64,000 bases of DNA, taken from contig CAWGED010000005.1 of assembly GCA_963821525.1 (NCBI GenBank), positions 1,120,001 to 1,184,000 of the forward strand, in the 5' to 3' direction. The notes under the pieces were generated by a model. It was not told the origin of the DNA, did no database searches, and worked only from the letters and a program-made list of their open reading frames with translations. Below are positions 30,110 through 39,185 of this stretch, in pieces. Both the position numbers and the translations under genes were made by a program. The DNA comes from an uncultured Gemmatimonadales bacterium (GTDB lineage: Bacteria; Gemmatimonadota; Gemmatimonadetes; Gemmatimonadales; GWC2-71-9). The stretch's first letter is position 1; each line of letters starts with the position of its first letter.

Positions 30110-30792
30110 GAGAGGGAGATGGGTACGGCGGCTACCGCAACCGGCTGGTGGCGGAGCTCGAATCGAAAGGGATTCGGGATCCAGAAGTCTTGCGGGCCAT
30201 AGGCCAGGTCCCGCGCCATCTCTTCGTCCCCGAGAGCGTCCGCCATCGGGCCTACGAAGACTCGGCGCTTCCGATTGGAGCGGGGCAGACGATCTCCCAG
30301 CCCTGGGTCCAGGCCCGGTATCTCGAGCTGGCGAAGCTGTCGCCCCAAGACAAGGTGCTCGAGGTAGGCACCGGCTCGGGTTACCAGACCGCGCTGCTGG
30401 CCGTCCTGGCGGGACAGGTCTTCAGCATCGAACGCATCACCACGCTCGCCAACACCGCCCGACAGATCCTGGCCCAGGCAGGGATTCGGAATGTGACGGT
30501 GCTGGTCGGAGACGGCACGCTGGGATGGCGTCCCTGCGCACCGTTCGACGCCATCCTGGTCGCCGCCGCATCACCCGAAGTTCCCGAGCCCCTGTTGCAG
30601 CAGCTCGCTCCGAGTGGCCGTTTGATCATTCCTCTGGGCGACCGGCAGGCCCAGGTGATCACGCTGGTCACCCGCCACGGCGAGGAATTTCAGGTTGAGC
30701 GTCTCAGCGATGTCAGGTTCGTACCGCTGCTCGGCGAGCATGGGTTTGCCGAACAACCGACCCACCCCCGAGAGTCCGGATGGAATTACTAA
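30091..30792 (+). CDS. pcm: Protein-L-isoaspartate O-methyltransferase
   Basis: VPRHLFV, GQTISQP, VLEVGTGSGYQ, GDGTLG, FVPL. Confidence 0.95.
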   Translation: MVARSLGEGDGYGGYRNRLVAELESKGIRDPEVLRAIGQVPRHLFVPESVRHRAYEDSALPIGAGQTISQPWVQARYLELAKLSPQDKVLEVGTGSGYQTALLAVLAGQVFSIERITTLANTARQILAQAGIRNVTVLVGDGTLGWRPCAPFDAILVAAASPEVPEPLLQQLAPSGRLIIPLGDRQAQVITLVTRHGEEFQVERLSDVRFVPLLGEHGFAEQPTHPRESGWNY

Positions 30793-31415
30793 AAGACTTC
30801 ATAGATCTGTTTCTGCACCTCGACAGACACCTGAGCGAGGTGATTCAGCACTACGGAACCGGCACGTACCTCATCCTGTTTCTGATCGTCTTCTGCGAAA
30901 CAGGCCTCGTGGTGACGCCATTCCTGCCCGGCGATTCGCTTCTGTTCGCCGCCGGCACCTTCGCGGGCCTGGGAGATCTGGATGTCGGCCTGGTCTTCAC
31001 CATCCTTTGCGTCGCGTCAATCCTGGGCGACTCTTCCAATTACTGGGTCGGGCGATTGATCGGACGGAAGGCGTTTCAGTCCCGATTCATCAAGCAGGAG
31101 CACCTGCTCAAGACCCAGGCCTTTTACGACCGGCACGGCCGCAAGACAATCATTCTGGCCAGATTCCTTCCCATTCTCCGGACATTCGCGCCATTCGTGG
31201 CCGGGGTAGGGGTGATGCCATACCCCCGGTTCCTGACGGTCAGCGTCCTGGGCAGCGTTGCGTGGGTCGGTCTCTTCGTCTGGGCGGGTTACCTCTTCGG
31301 GAACCTGAGGGTCGTCCGGGAGAATTTCACGCTCGTCGTCATGGCCATCATTGTCCTCTCGGTGATGCCGATGGCCATTGAGATCATCAAGACCCGCAGG
31401 AGTCGTCCTGCGTGA
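30780..31415 (+). CDS. DedA family membrane protein
   Basis: FCETGL...FLPGDSLLFAAG, ARFLPILRTFAPFVAG. Confidence 0.93.
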   Translation: MELLKDFIDLFLHLDRHLSEVIQHYGTGTYLILFLIVFCETGLVVTPFLPGDSLLFAAGTFAGLGDLDVGLVFTILCVASILGDSSNYWVGRLIGRKAFQSRFIKQEHLLKTQAFYDRHGRKTIILARFLPILRTFAPFVAGVGVMPYPRFLTVSVLGSVAWVGLFVWAGYLFGNLRVVRENFTLVVMAIIVLSVMPMAIEIIKTRRSRPA

Positions 31416-31681
31416 CCGTCAGGCTGTTCGTCAGTGGGAGGGTGCAGGGAGTCGGCTTCCGGTTCTTCGTGCTGCGTCGGGCCCAAGACCTGGGACTCAT
31501 CGGTTATGCGACCAATTTGGCAGATGGGCGGGTCGAGATCGTGGTCAGAGGCTCACATGGCCAAGTCCAAGCGCTTGAGCAGGCGGTACGTGCCGGACCT
31601 CGGCACGCCAAGGTGGCACAAGTGGAAAAAGCCGAGATTTCGGATGAAGTTCAGTTAGGCAACTCTTTTGAAATTCGATAG
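31412..31681 (+). CDS. acyP: Acylphosphatase
   Basis: VSGRVQGVGFR, N..DGRVE. Confidence 0.93.
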   Translation: MTVRLFVSGRVQGVGFRFFVLRRAQDLGLIGYATNLADGRVEIVVRGSHGQVQALEQAVRAGPRHAKVAQVEKAEISDEVQLGNSFEIR

Positions 31682-31711
31682 TTAGCTTATCCACACGAAG
31701 CTGGTTGATAA

Positions 31712-32245
31712 ATGACTTCTGGAGCACTGGATACGCAGGTCCGGCAGGCCATTCGCCCGATCCCGGACCACCCAAAGCCTGGAATCGTATTCCAGGACAT
31801 CACACCTGTGCTTCAGGATTCTGCGCTATTCCGGCAGGTAATCCAGGGCCTTATCGAGCCGTTTCGAGGTCAGAGCATCACCCATATCCTCGGGATAGAG
31901 GCTCGGGGCTTCATACTAGGCGCGCCAGTCGCTGTGGAAATCGGGGCAGGCTTCATCCCGGCGCGAAAGCCAGGGAAACTTCCGTGGAAAACCCGCCGCC
32001 ACGACTACGCTCTGGAATACGGCACCGACGCGCTCGAGGCACACGAGGACGCCTTCGCCCTGGGGGCCCGAGTTCTGGTGGTAGATGACGTCCTGGCCAC
32101 CGGAGGAACCGCTGAGGCCGCGGCGTCGTTGGTGCGGCTCCTGGGCGCCGAGTTGATAGGGTGGAGCTTCTTGCTCGAGCTGGACTTTCTCCACGGTCGC
32201 AAACGTCTGACCGGGGCGCCTGTCGAGGCGATTTCCCGGCTTTAG
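31712..32245 (+). CDS. apt: Adenine phosphoribosyltransferase
   Basis: PKPGIVFQDIT, EARGF, RKPGKLP, YALEYG, VDDVLATGGT. Confidence 0.96.
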   Translation: MTSGALDTQVRQAIRPIPDHPKPGIVFQDITPVLQDSALFRQVIQGLIEPFRGQSITHILGIEARGFILGAPVAVEIGAGFIPARKPGKLPWKTRRHDYALEYGTDALEAHEDAFALGARVLVVDDVLATGGTAEAAASLVRLLGAELIGWSFLLELDFLHGRKRLTGAPVEAISRL

Positions 32246-32247
32246 CG

Positions 32248-32277
32248 TTGACGCCGCCTGATGCAACTGTCTACTTT
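32248..32277 (+). promoter_or_regulatory. Putative sigma70 promoter of tRNA-Arg
   Basis: TTGACG-N18-TACTTT, 10 bp upstream of the tRNA. Confidence 0.6.
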
Positions 32278-32287
32278 TAAAGGCTTT

Positions 32288-32361
32288 GCCCCCGTAGCTC
32301 AGCTGGATAGAGCAGCGGTTTCCTAAACCGTTGGTCGGACGTTCGAATCGTCTCGGGGGCA
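32288..32361 (+). tRNA. tRNA-Arg (CCT); CCA not encoded
   Basis: GCCCCCG/CGGGGGC acceptor stem, AGCTCAGCTGGATAGAGC D-arm, GCGGT-TTCCTAA-ACCGT, GTTCGAATC. Confidence 0.96.
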
Positions 32362-32422
32362 CCTGCTGCGCCGGATCTCCCAGGACCGGCCTAACCCTTT
32401 GGTTTTCGAGCGATCGAGCAAC

Positions 32423-33091
32423 ATGGCAACCACAATGGAAGCACCGAGCGTTAAGTCCAAGAAAACTGCCGTGACGGCCCCTCCGGCCAGCAAGTTCTCC
32501 GTACCGAAGAACCTGCGCCTGGCCGGCGGAATCGCGCTCGGAGCCGTGCTCCTCATCGCCTGGTTTGTGGTCGTCAGCGGGAGGCGGAAGGCCGACTTTG
32601 CCAACAGGGCGCTCGAGCAGGCGAGAAGCGCCGCGGAGTCGGGGAATCTGCCGCTGGCCGCGAGCGAGCTGCAGAAGGTGGTCACGACCTATTCCGGCAC
32701 TGACGCGGCGCAGGAAGCGGTCATCACGCTCAACCAGGTCAGGCTGCTGAACGGGCAGCAGGAGCTCGCCTCGGTCAGCTTGCAGGACTTTATCAAATCG
32801 AAGCCGGACAAGAAATATCTGACCCCGGGATACGCGCTGCTCGGCCGTGCGCTCGAGAACGCGAATCGTCCCGAGGAGGCTGCCCAGGCCTTCCGCTCCG
32901 CGTCGGACAATGCGGACGTGGACTACCTTCGCGCCGAGTACCTGAACGACGCCGGCCGGGCTTATGTAGCCGCGGGGAAGAAGGACGAGGCCATCGCAGC
33001 GTACCGAAAGATCATTCAGGATTTTCCTGAATCGAACTCCAAGGTCGAGGCCCAGGTTCGGCTGGCCGAGCTGACCCAAGGGAAGATGTAG
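32423..33091 (+). CDS. Membrane-anchored TPR protein (YfgM-like)
   Basis: One TM helix followed by TPR-like repeats (YSGTDAA, YRKIIQDFPES). Confidence 0.8.
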   Translation: MATTMEAPSVKSKKTAVTAPPASKFSVPKNLRLAGGIALGAVLLIAWFVVVSGRRKADFANRALEQARSAAESGNLPLAASELQKVVTTYSGTDAAQEAVITLNQVRLLNGQQELASVSLQDFIKSKPDKKYLTPGYALLGRALENANRPEEAAQAFRSASDNADVDYLRAEYLNDAGRAYVAAGKKDEAIAAYRKIIQDFPESNSKVEAQVRLAELTQGKM

Positions 33092-33097
33092 TAACCA

Positions 33098-33125
33098 GAC
33101 CGCCCGGTATTGGGCGGTCTTTTTT
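33098..33125 (+). terminator. Rho-independent terminator
   Basis: agaccgccc-ggtatt-gggcggtct followed by a T run. Confidence 0.85.
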
Positions 33126-33137
33126 GGACTCGGCTTA

Positions 33138-33165
33138 ATGTCGTATAATGTGTATTATGTTAAGT
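33138..33165 (+). other. dif: dif site (XerC/XerD chromosome dimer resolution site)
   Basis: ATGTCGTATAA-TGTGTA-TTATGTTAAGT, 11-6-11 layout, close to E. coli GGTGCGCATAA-TGTATA-TTATGTTAAAT; lies between convergent gene blocks. Confidence 0.88.
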
Positions 33166-33216
33166 TGCGAAGTGGAGAAATGGGGATAACCCAGTCCTTG
33201 CTGTGGCCAGAAACTG

Positions 33217-33229
33217 TAAGCGATTGATT
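33217..33229 (-). promoter_or_regulatory. IHF-binding consensus site
   Basis: The minus strand reads AATCAATCGCTTA, an exact WATCAANNNNTTR match. Confidence 0.55.
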
Positions 33230-33264
33230 TAAAGGTCTTTAGGTGGGCTTCTTACCGCAGAATT

Positions 33265-34083
33265 CTACAACACCCCAGTAAACACCATACGCCCTTCTCC
33301 GGCCAGCCAGACGGCCCGGACGGATCCGTTTTCCAAGTTCGCCGCTATCCTGAGGCACCGGCCGCTTCGGGTCCGGATTTCGACCGGGAGGTTGGCTCGC
33401 CCCGCTTGGGCCAGCGCGGCGGCAACCGCTACCGCTCCAGTCCCGCAGGCCAGAGTCTCCCCTTCTACCCCTCGTTCATAGGTCCGAACCGGCCAGGTGC
33501 CGGCCTTACCGGCAGGGGTCGCGACGAAGTTGACGTTGGCGCCGGCCGGGGCGATGGCGGAGTGGTTCCTTAGCTCCCGGCCCCGGGCCATCAGGTCGGC
33601 CCTTTCGATGTCCTCGACCGGCACGACCAAATGAGGCACTCCGACGGTGGCAAAACTGGTGGGACCTTCGCCCGCCGCCGCCCGGATGCTGCCGACCAGT
33701 TCGGGGGCCGGAAAGTCGGGCAGGTTGAGCTCAGCCAAATCCGGTTCCGCCCGACAGCGGGTCATGAAGGTGCCTGCCCCGGTCACCAGCCGCATCCCCG
33801 TGGCGGGTGCCATCTCCAGGTGGGCGGAGAGCCGGGTGCTGCAGAGGGCGGCATTGCCACACATGGCAGCTCGGGAACCGTCGCAGTTGAAGAAATCCAT
33901 CCGGACGGTACTCGTGTCCTCTGGGGTCAGGATCACCAGACCGTCCGCTCCGACGCCGAGACGCCGGTCACAGACGTCCACGATCCTGGCTGCCGGCCAG
34001 TCCGCGAGCGTGGTGGTGCGGCCGTCGAGCAGAACGAAGTCGTTGCCCGACCCGGTCATCTTGTAGAAGACGATTCCCTTCAC
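33265..34083 (-). CDS. dapF: Diaminopimelate epimerase
   Basis: KMTGSGNDF, GVGADGL, MCGN, GVPH, NVNFV, RTYERGVEGETLACGTGA. Confidence 0.96.
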   Translation of the reverse strand: MKGIVFYKMTGSGNDFVLLDGRTTTLADWPAARIVDVCDRRLGVGADGLVILTPEDTSTVRMDFFNCDGSRAAMCGNAALCSTRLSAHLEMAPATGMRLVTGAGTFMTRCRAEPDLAELNLPDFPAPELVGSIRAAAGEGPTSFATVGVPHLVVPVEDIERADLMARGRELRNHSAIAPAGANVNFVATPAGKAGTWPVRTYERGVEGETLACGTGAVAVAAALAQAGRANLPVEIRTRSGRCLRIAANLENGSVRAVWLAGEGRMVFTGVL

Positions 34084-34090
34084 AGGCCTC

Positions 34091-34810
34091 CTAGATTCTT
34101 CCCAAAATCCCCTGCAGACGCAGCCACCAGACCATCCAGATCGCTTCCCGCACGATCCGCTTGCTCATCTTGCTGTGCCCTTCGACCCGGTCGTGAAAGA
34201 TGATCGGGAGCTCGGTCAGCCGGAAACCCTTTTTCCAGGCGCGGAAACTCATCTCGATCTGGAAGGCATAACCGTTGGACCTCACCTTCTCCAGCGGGAT
34301 CGCTTCCAGCACCTCACGTCGAAAGCACTTGAACCCACCAGTCGAGTCCGTGAGCGGGAGCCCGGTGATCCACCGGGCATAGAGGTTGGCACCCAGGGAC
34401 AGCAGCAGCCGGCTGATAGGCCAGTTGATGACGTTGACCCCTGTCGCATAGCGCGATCCCAGCACCAGGTCCGCATCTTCGATCGCCTTGAGGAACTCCG
34501 GTATGAAGCCCGGGTCATGCGAGAAGTCGGCATCCATCTCGAAAATCGCCTGGAAGCCGTGGTCCAGTCCCCACCGGAAGCCCGCCAGATACGCCCGGCC
34601 CAGTCCCTCCTTGGCCAGCCGATGCAGGACGTGTACCCGGGGCTTGGCCTGACTCATCCGGTCGGCCATGTCCCCGGTACCATCCGGCGAATTGTCGTCG
34701 ACGACCAGTACTTCGATGCGCGGGTCCTGCCGCAGAATGGCCGGAACGATCTGGGGGAGGTTGGTCGCCTCGTTATAGGTCGGCACGATGACCAATACTC
34801 GTTCAATCAC
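34091..34810 (-). CDS. GT2 polyprenol-phosphate glycosyltransferase (Ppm1/DPM1-like)
   Basis: VPTYNE, VDDNSPDGT, MDADFSHDP, GSRY, GYAFQIE. Confidence 0.92.
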   Translation of the reverse strand: MIERVLVIVPTYNEATNLPQIVPAILRQDPRIEVLVVDDNSPDGTGDMADRMSQAKPRVHVLHRLAKEGLGRAYLAGFRWGLDHGFQAIFEMDADFSHDPGFIPEFLKAIEDADLVLGSRYATGVNVINWPISRLLLSLGANLYARWITGLPLTDSTGGFKCFRREVLEAIPLEKVRSNGYAFQIEMSFRAWKKGFRLTELPIIFHDRVEGHSKMSKRIVREAIWMVWWLRLQGILGRI

Positions 34811-37139
34811 GCGCCGGCTTCCTCCCGGTGAATGCGGGAACGCCCGCCATCGCCAAGGCCGCAAGCAGGGCGACGAGACTCACCAGTTTCCCCTTCCGGT
34901 AGGTCGGGGAGTCGAAGGTCAGATCGACTTGGCGGGCTCCGGACGGGAGCACGACGCTCAAGAGAGTATTGTCTCCCCGAAGCACCGGAGCGGGCTTTCC
35001 ATCCACAATCGCGTGCCAGTCAGGATACCAGTTCTCGGCAACAAGCAGGTAACCCGGCTTGGAGTCGGATCCCGTAAGGTTGATGGTCATCTTCCCGGGG
35101 GCCCATCTCGCCACTTCAGCCTTTACCAGAGAGCCTGGGAGCGGCTGAACGAGGGGGTCGGGCGTCAACGACGCGGTGTCCGGATACAGCACCACGGATG
35201 CACCCGGGAAGCGAGGATCTACTACGGTCGGGACCAGTTGCGGTTCCGGTACCTTGGCCGCGGACGGGATGACTCTCGCGTAAGGGGGCACAGTATCCCG
35301 TTCGTAGAGCGTTGCAGGGGTCCCGAAGGCGGTTGAGACCGGGCCCACCACCTGGTGGAATCCGGGAACCTCCTGAGGTTGCCGCAGGATCACATACCGG
35401 AGCGCCACAAGCTCGGCCACGTTAGGAGTAAAGAGGTTTCTCCACCCCTGATCTTTTCCGCCCAGCTCATCGTAAGCGCGCAACTCGTTTCCGTGGTAAC
35501 CCAAAGCATCGGGGATCCGATAGGCCATCAGAATCGATTGTCCGTAGCTAGCCTGGGCGTCCAGCACACGAAATGGCAGTGGTTGCTTCTGCAGGTATGT
35601 GGTGACCTCGTCAGATCCGAAGAGCTGAGCGGCCCGGGGCGAGAACTGGTAGAACAACCGGTCAATACTCCAGAGATCGATGGCGGTCACGGCCACCAGG
35701 ACGGCCGCTGCGGCTCCGCCCCTCAGCTTGCCCGCCGCGATTCCCCAAAGCACGGATCCGCAGGCGAACACTCCCACCAGCAGGCGGAGCGAGCCCAGCC
35801 GGAGGGCGCCGGCGTTCGCCTGGACCTGGCCCATCCGTTCCGCGACTGCCATTCCTTCCGCCACAGCCTGCAGCACTCCGCTCAGGCCGAGGAGCGCGAA
35901 GACTCCGAAGCCGCCCGCGACCAGCAGGACCGAGCGCCGAGCAACTTGTCCGCTGAGCAAGCGATCGAGCCCGATCCCGGCCAGAATCGCCACGGGGAAA
36001 GCGACGAGGAAGAACACCATGCCCATGGCCCGCAGCTTCTTGAGCATGGGCAATAATTCATAGAAGGGGCGGTAGAACGGGGTGTGGCCGGCAAAGGCAA
36101 AGAGGAGAAATAGCGACGCAAGACCCAGCAGGGCGATTACCAACCGGCGGCGATCCCGATCACCCCAGGAAAAGCCGGCCAAGAGGAGCGGGACGATCCC
36201 CAGATACTCGGTGTGGAACTTGATCGGATTGCGGCCCCAGTAGTTGTCGAGCACACCGTTGAACTGCGGCAGGAGGACCGTGAAGATCTCCTCGGGAGGC
36301 ATGGAGTAGAGGTTGACGTAATCCCACCCCGTGTTGGGCCCGCCAGTCGCCCGAGGCGAGTATTTCACGTACTCGAGGAACGGAAGCACCTGAAGCGCTG
36401 TAATTCCTATACCCACCACCACGGCAATAGCAGTGAAGCCAAGCGGTATCCAGGGATTCCGACCTTGCGGCCGGTCGGGATCCAGGAATGCCAGGTAGAG
36501 GGACCAAAGGCCGAGTGCGATCAACAGGAAGTAGCACATCTGATAGTGGCCGAGCACTAGCAGAGCCACTACGATGGCGAAGGCACCGAAGGCCCAGGCC
36601 TGACGATCGCGGAAACCGCGCAGGAGGACCCAGAAAGCCAGTGGTGTGAGAGCCGACACGAAGAGTTTGCCGTCGTGCCCCGGGCTCATCTGGGAAGCAA
36701 CGATTCCGCTTAGCTCGTAGCACACGCCGGCGACAACCGCCGAGGTCCAGCTCAACCGCAAGGCTCTGGCAAATCCGTAGGTGAGCCAGCCGGCGAGCAC
36801 GAAGTGGACAGCCATCCCCCAGGTGATCGCGAGATCAACCGGGAAGACGAGGCGCAGCCACGCTGTGGGATAGAAAATGTCCCCGTGCATCGCGGCGATG
36901 AACGGCAAGCCGCCAAACAGGAAGGGATTCCATTGCGGGATGGAGCCAGTCGCCTTGAACTCCTCCGCGCCAAAAAGCCGGAAGGAATATCCCGCGATGA
37001 ACATGTCCGAGCGGGCACCGCCAAAGAGGATCTGACCGGTAAGGAGAGGCCAGAGCAGAGTCAACGCGGCCAGGGTGCAGACCAGCGCGGCCATGGCTCG
37101 AGGCCAGCGTGGCTCCCATGGATTCGGTTCAGGCGACAC
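34803..37139 (-). CDS. YfhO-family polytopic membrane protein (GT-C-like glycosyltransferase)
   Basis: P.WNP...GGLPF, FYP, many TM helices, C-terminal ENWYPDWHA.VDG; start placed at GTG 37139. Confidence 0.8.
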   Translation of the reverse strand: MSPEPNPWEPRWPRAMAALVCTLAALTLLWPLLTGQILFGGARSDMFIAGYSFRLFGAEEFKATGSIPQWNPFLFGGLPFIAAMHGDIFYPTAWLRLVFPVDLAITWGMAVHFVLAGWLTYGFARALRLSWTSAVVAGVCYELSGIVASQMSPGHDGKLFVSALTPLAFWVLLRGFRDRQAWAFGAFAIVVALLVLGHYQMCYFLLIALGLWSLYLAFLDPDRPQGRNPWIPLGFTAIAVVVGIGITALQVLPFLEYVKYSPRATGGPNTGWDYVNLYSMPPEEIFTVLLPQFNGVLDNYWGRNPIKFHTEYLGIVPLLLAGFSWGDRDRRRLVIALLGLASLFLLFAFAGHTPFYRPFYELLPMLKKLRAMGMVFFLVAFPVAILAGIGLDRLLSGQVARRSVLLVAGGFGVFALLGLSGVLQAVAEGMAVAERMGQVQANAGALRLGSLRLLVGVFACGSVLWGIAAGKLRGGAAAAVLVAVTAIDLWSIDRLFYQFSPRAAQLFGSDEVTTYLQKQPLPFRVLDAQASYGQSILMAYRIPDALGYHGNELRAYDELGGKDQGWRNLFTPNVAELVALRYVILRQPQEVPGFHQVVGPVSTAFGTPATLYERDTVPPYARVIPSAAKVPEPQLVPTVVDPRFPGASVVLYPDTASLTPDPLVQPLPGSLVKAEVARWAPGKMTINLTGSDSKPGYLLVAENWYPDWHAIVDGKPAPVLRGDNTLLSVVLPSGARQVDLTFDSPTYRKGKLVSLVALLAALAMAGVPAFTGRKPARD

Positions 37140-38043
37140 TGGGACGTCCTCGACGCATAAGAAGGAACGGAACGGCGCTTCCCAGCTCCGTGATGGTGAG
37201 CAGAACCCGCGACGCCACGGCGAGGGCGGTTGCGGGGCCGAGGCCAATGCTGCCTTGCAGCAGCGCGATCAAAAGCCCCTCACGTACTACCAGGCCTCCA
37301 GGTGCAAATAGCGCGATGAGACCGGCCACATAAGAGGCGGCGAAGGCCGCGATCGCAAGGCTTGGGGCCAGGCTCGGCTCGGGAAGAACCGATTGGGCCA
37401 GCAGCCACAGGGCGAATCCATAACCCACCCAGGCCACAGCATTCGCGGCGGCTCCGAAGATCACCGGTCCGATACTGGGCGAGCCGTATCCGGCTCCCGC
37501 CAGGTCGAGCAGGCGGCGAATCGCCGGCCGCCAAAACAGGAGGCCCACCCCAATCACACCCGCGGCCCCGGTGGCCCAGAACAGCGGTAAGATCCTCGGG
37601 TCGGCGTTCTGAAGCGCCCGAGCGCCGGCTAGCGCCGCGACGCCGGCACCGGTCACGACGGCCAGGGCCTGAAGAATGATCGCCGACGCGGTAGCGGCCC
37701 AGGCGGCTACACCCGCGTCCCGCGCCATGAGTGCCATGCTCGCGATGGCCCAGACCTTCCCCGGGACGTATTTGCCGAGGCTCGAGACGAACCAGATCCG
37801 GGCGGACTCGAGCAGAGGAAGCGATTGCCCCCACCCCGACAGCATTCGTCTCCAGGCTTCGATCAGCATGCCGTACATCAATTCGATCACGATCACTGCC
37901 GCAAGCGCCGGAGCGGGGCGAAAGGTCCAGCTGATCGGCTGGGCCTGAAGATCACTCCAGTTGCGCTGAAAGGTGCGAACTATAAAGAGCAGGATCAGGA
38001 TCGACAGAATCCAACGTCCGATCCGAAGCAGTCGCTCAGGCAC
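37129..38043 (-). CDS. Lysylphosphatidylglycerol-synthase-TM / flippase-like membrane protein
   Basis: LGKYVPGKVW, APGGLVVRE, hydrophobic throughout. Confidence 0.8.
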   Translation of the reverse strand: MPERLLRIGRWILSILILLFIVRTFQRNWSDLQAQPISWTFRPAPALAAVIVIELMYGMLIEAWRRMLSGWGQSLPLLESARIWFVSSLGKYVPGKVWAIASMALMARDAGVAAWAATASAIILQALAVVTGAGVAALAGARALQNADPRILPLFWATGAAGVIGVGLLFWRPAIRRLLDLAGAGYGSPSIGPVIFGAAANAVAWVGYGFALWLLAQSVLPEPSLAPSLAIAAFAASYVAGLIALFAPGGLVVREGLLIALLQGSIGLGPATALAVASRVLLTITELGSAVPFLLMRRGRPSVA

Positions 38044-39175
38044 GCAACGCCTCCACGTACCAACCTTCGAACGCTGCGGCGACGGCTTCGGGTGCCAGGC
38101 GCTGCCGCCAGATTTCTCCCAGACGCTGTGCCTCGGTTCGGGCGCTCTTGTCGGCCATCATCTGCTCTACTCCGGTCGCGATAGCCTCACCCGAGGCGGC
38201 TGTCCGACGTCCGGCCCCCTGCTCTGGGACGATGTCGAGAACCCCTCCCCCGTCGTCACAGGCCACGACAGGAACCCCGGCGGCGAGAGCTTCCACCGCG
38301 GTCAATCCGAACCCTTCTGCCCGGGAGGGAAACAACATCACGTCCATCTCTGCCAATCGTCGGCCGACCTCGGAAGGTGGCACCATGCCGGTGAAATGAA
38401 CGTTCGCGCCGAGGCCCAGGGTTCGTGCGCGGGCTTCCAAAGCCGATCGCTCGGGACCATCTCCTATGATCGTGAGCGGCAGCCGAAGGTCGCGGCGCCA
38501 GAGCTCCGCCAGCGTGTCGAGAGCGAGATGCACCCGCTTCTGGGGGGTTAAGCGGGCCACGATGATGAGCCCTGCCCCACCCTGACCTGGGCGGCTGTCT
38601 GGAACCGTGACCGGCATGGGTTGGACGTGATCGACCGTGCGGCCGGTTGCCTCCCTTACTCTGGCCGCGTGGGAGGTCGAGACAGCGGTGAGCACGCGGG
38701 CGCGCCGGATGACCGGACGGGCCACGGCACGGGCAAGCGGCGAGCGCTCCAGAAGGGCGGCGTCCGTCCCATGAATGGTGAGCAGCATGGGACTCCTCGG
38801 GGGTGCAGCGAGACCGGCGGGCACCCACCAGTGAGCGTGAATCAGCTCGGCGCCGGCGGCAAGCTCTTCCTTCGCGGCAGACCGGAGTGCCCGGTGGAGA
38901 CCCATCAGGGTCCGCCAGCCGGAGATCGAACCGACGACGTCCGCCATCGTGCCCCGATACGCGATTTTCTCCCGCCCCGCCGCCGCGTAACGCACTCGGC
39001 GTACCGGGATCCCGTCGAGTTGCGGCTCGCCCACATCTCCGCCATCGCTCGGGGCAACGACACGAACCGAGACGCCGCGATTCATCAGGGCCCTCGCCAA
39101 GGTGGCGAGGAACGCACCGGAAATGTCGCCCGAATAGCGGGGATAGTTGTGGGTGAGGAAAACGACCCTGGTCAC
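38036..39175 (-). CDS. GT4 family glycosyltransferase
   Basis: THNYPR, IHAHWW, HGTD, ARL..QK, EGFGLTAVEALAAGVPVV. Confidence 0.9.
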   Translation of the reverse strand: MTRVVFLTHNYPRYSGDISGAFLATLARALMNRGVSVRVVAPSDGGDVGEPQLDGIPVRRVRYAAAGREKIAYRGTMADVVGSISGWRTLMGLHRALRSAAKEELAAGAELIHAHWWVPAGLAAPPRSPMLLTIHGTDAALLERSPLARAVARPVIRRARVLTAVSTSHAARVREATGRTVDHVQPMPVTVPDSRPGQGGAGLIIVARLTPQKRVHLALDTLAELWRRDLRLPLTIIGDGPERSALEARARTLGLGANVHFTGMVPPSEVGRRLAEMDVMLFPSRAEGFGLTAVEALAAGVPVVACDDGGGVLDIVPEQGAGRRTAASGEAIATGVEQMMADKSARTEAQRLGEIWRQRLAPEAVAAAFEGWYVEALRA

Positions 39176-39185
39176 TCGAAGTACG

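Noticed and set aside
33126..33264. oriC interpretation of the AT-rich gap
   Set aside because: Genes converge on it, there is no dnaA/dnaN/gyr context, and the AT-rich part fits the 11-6-11 dif structure
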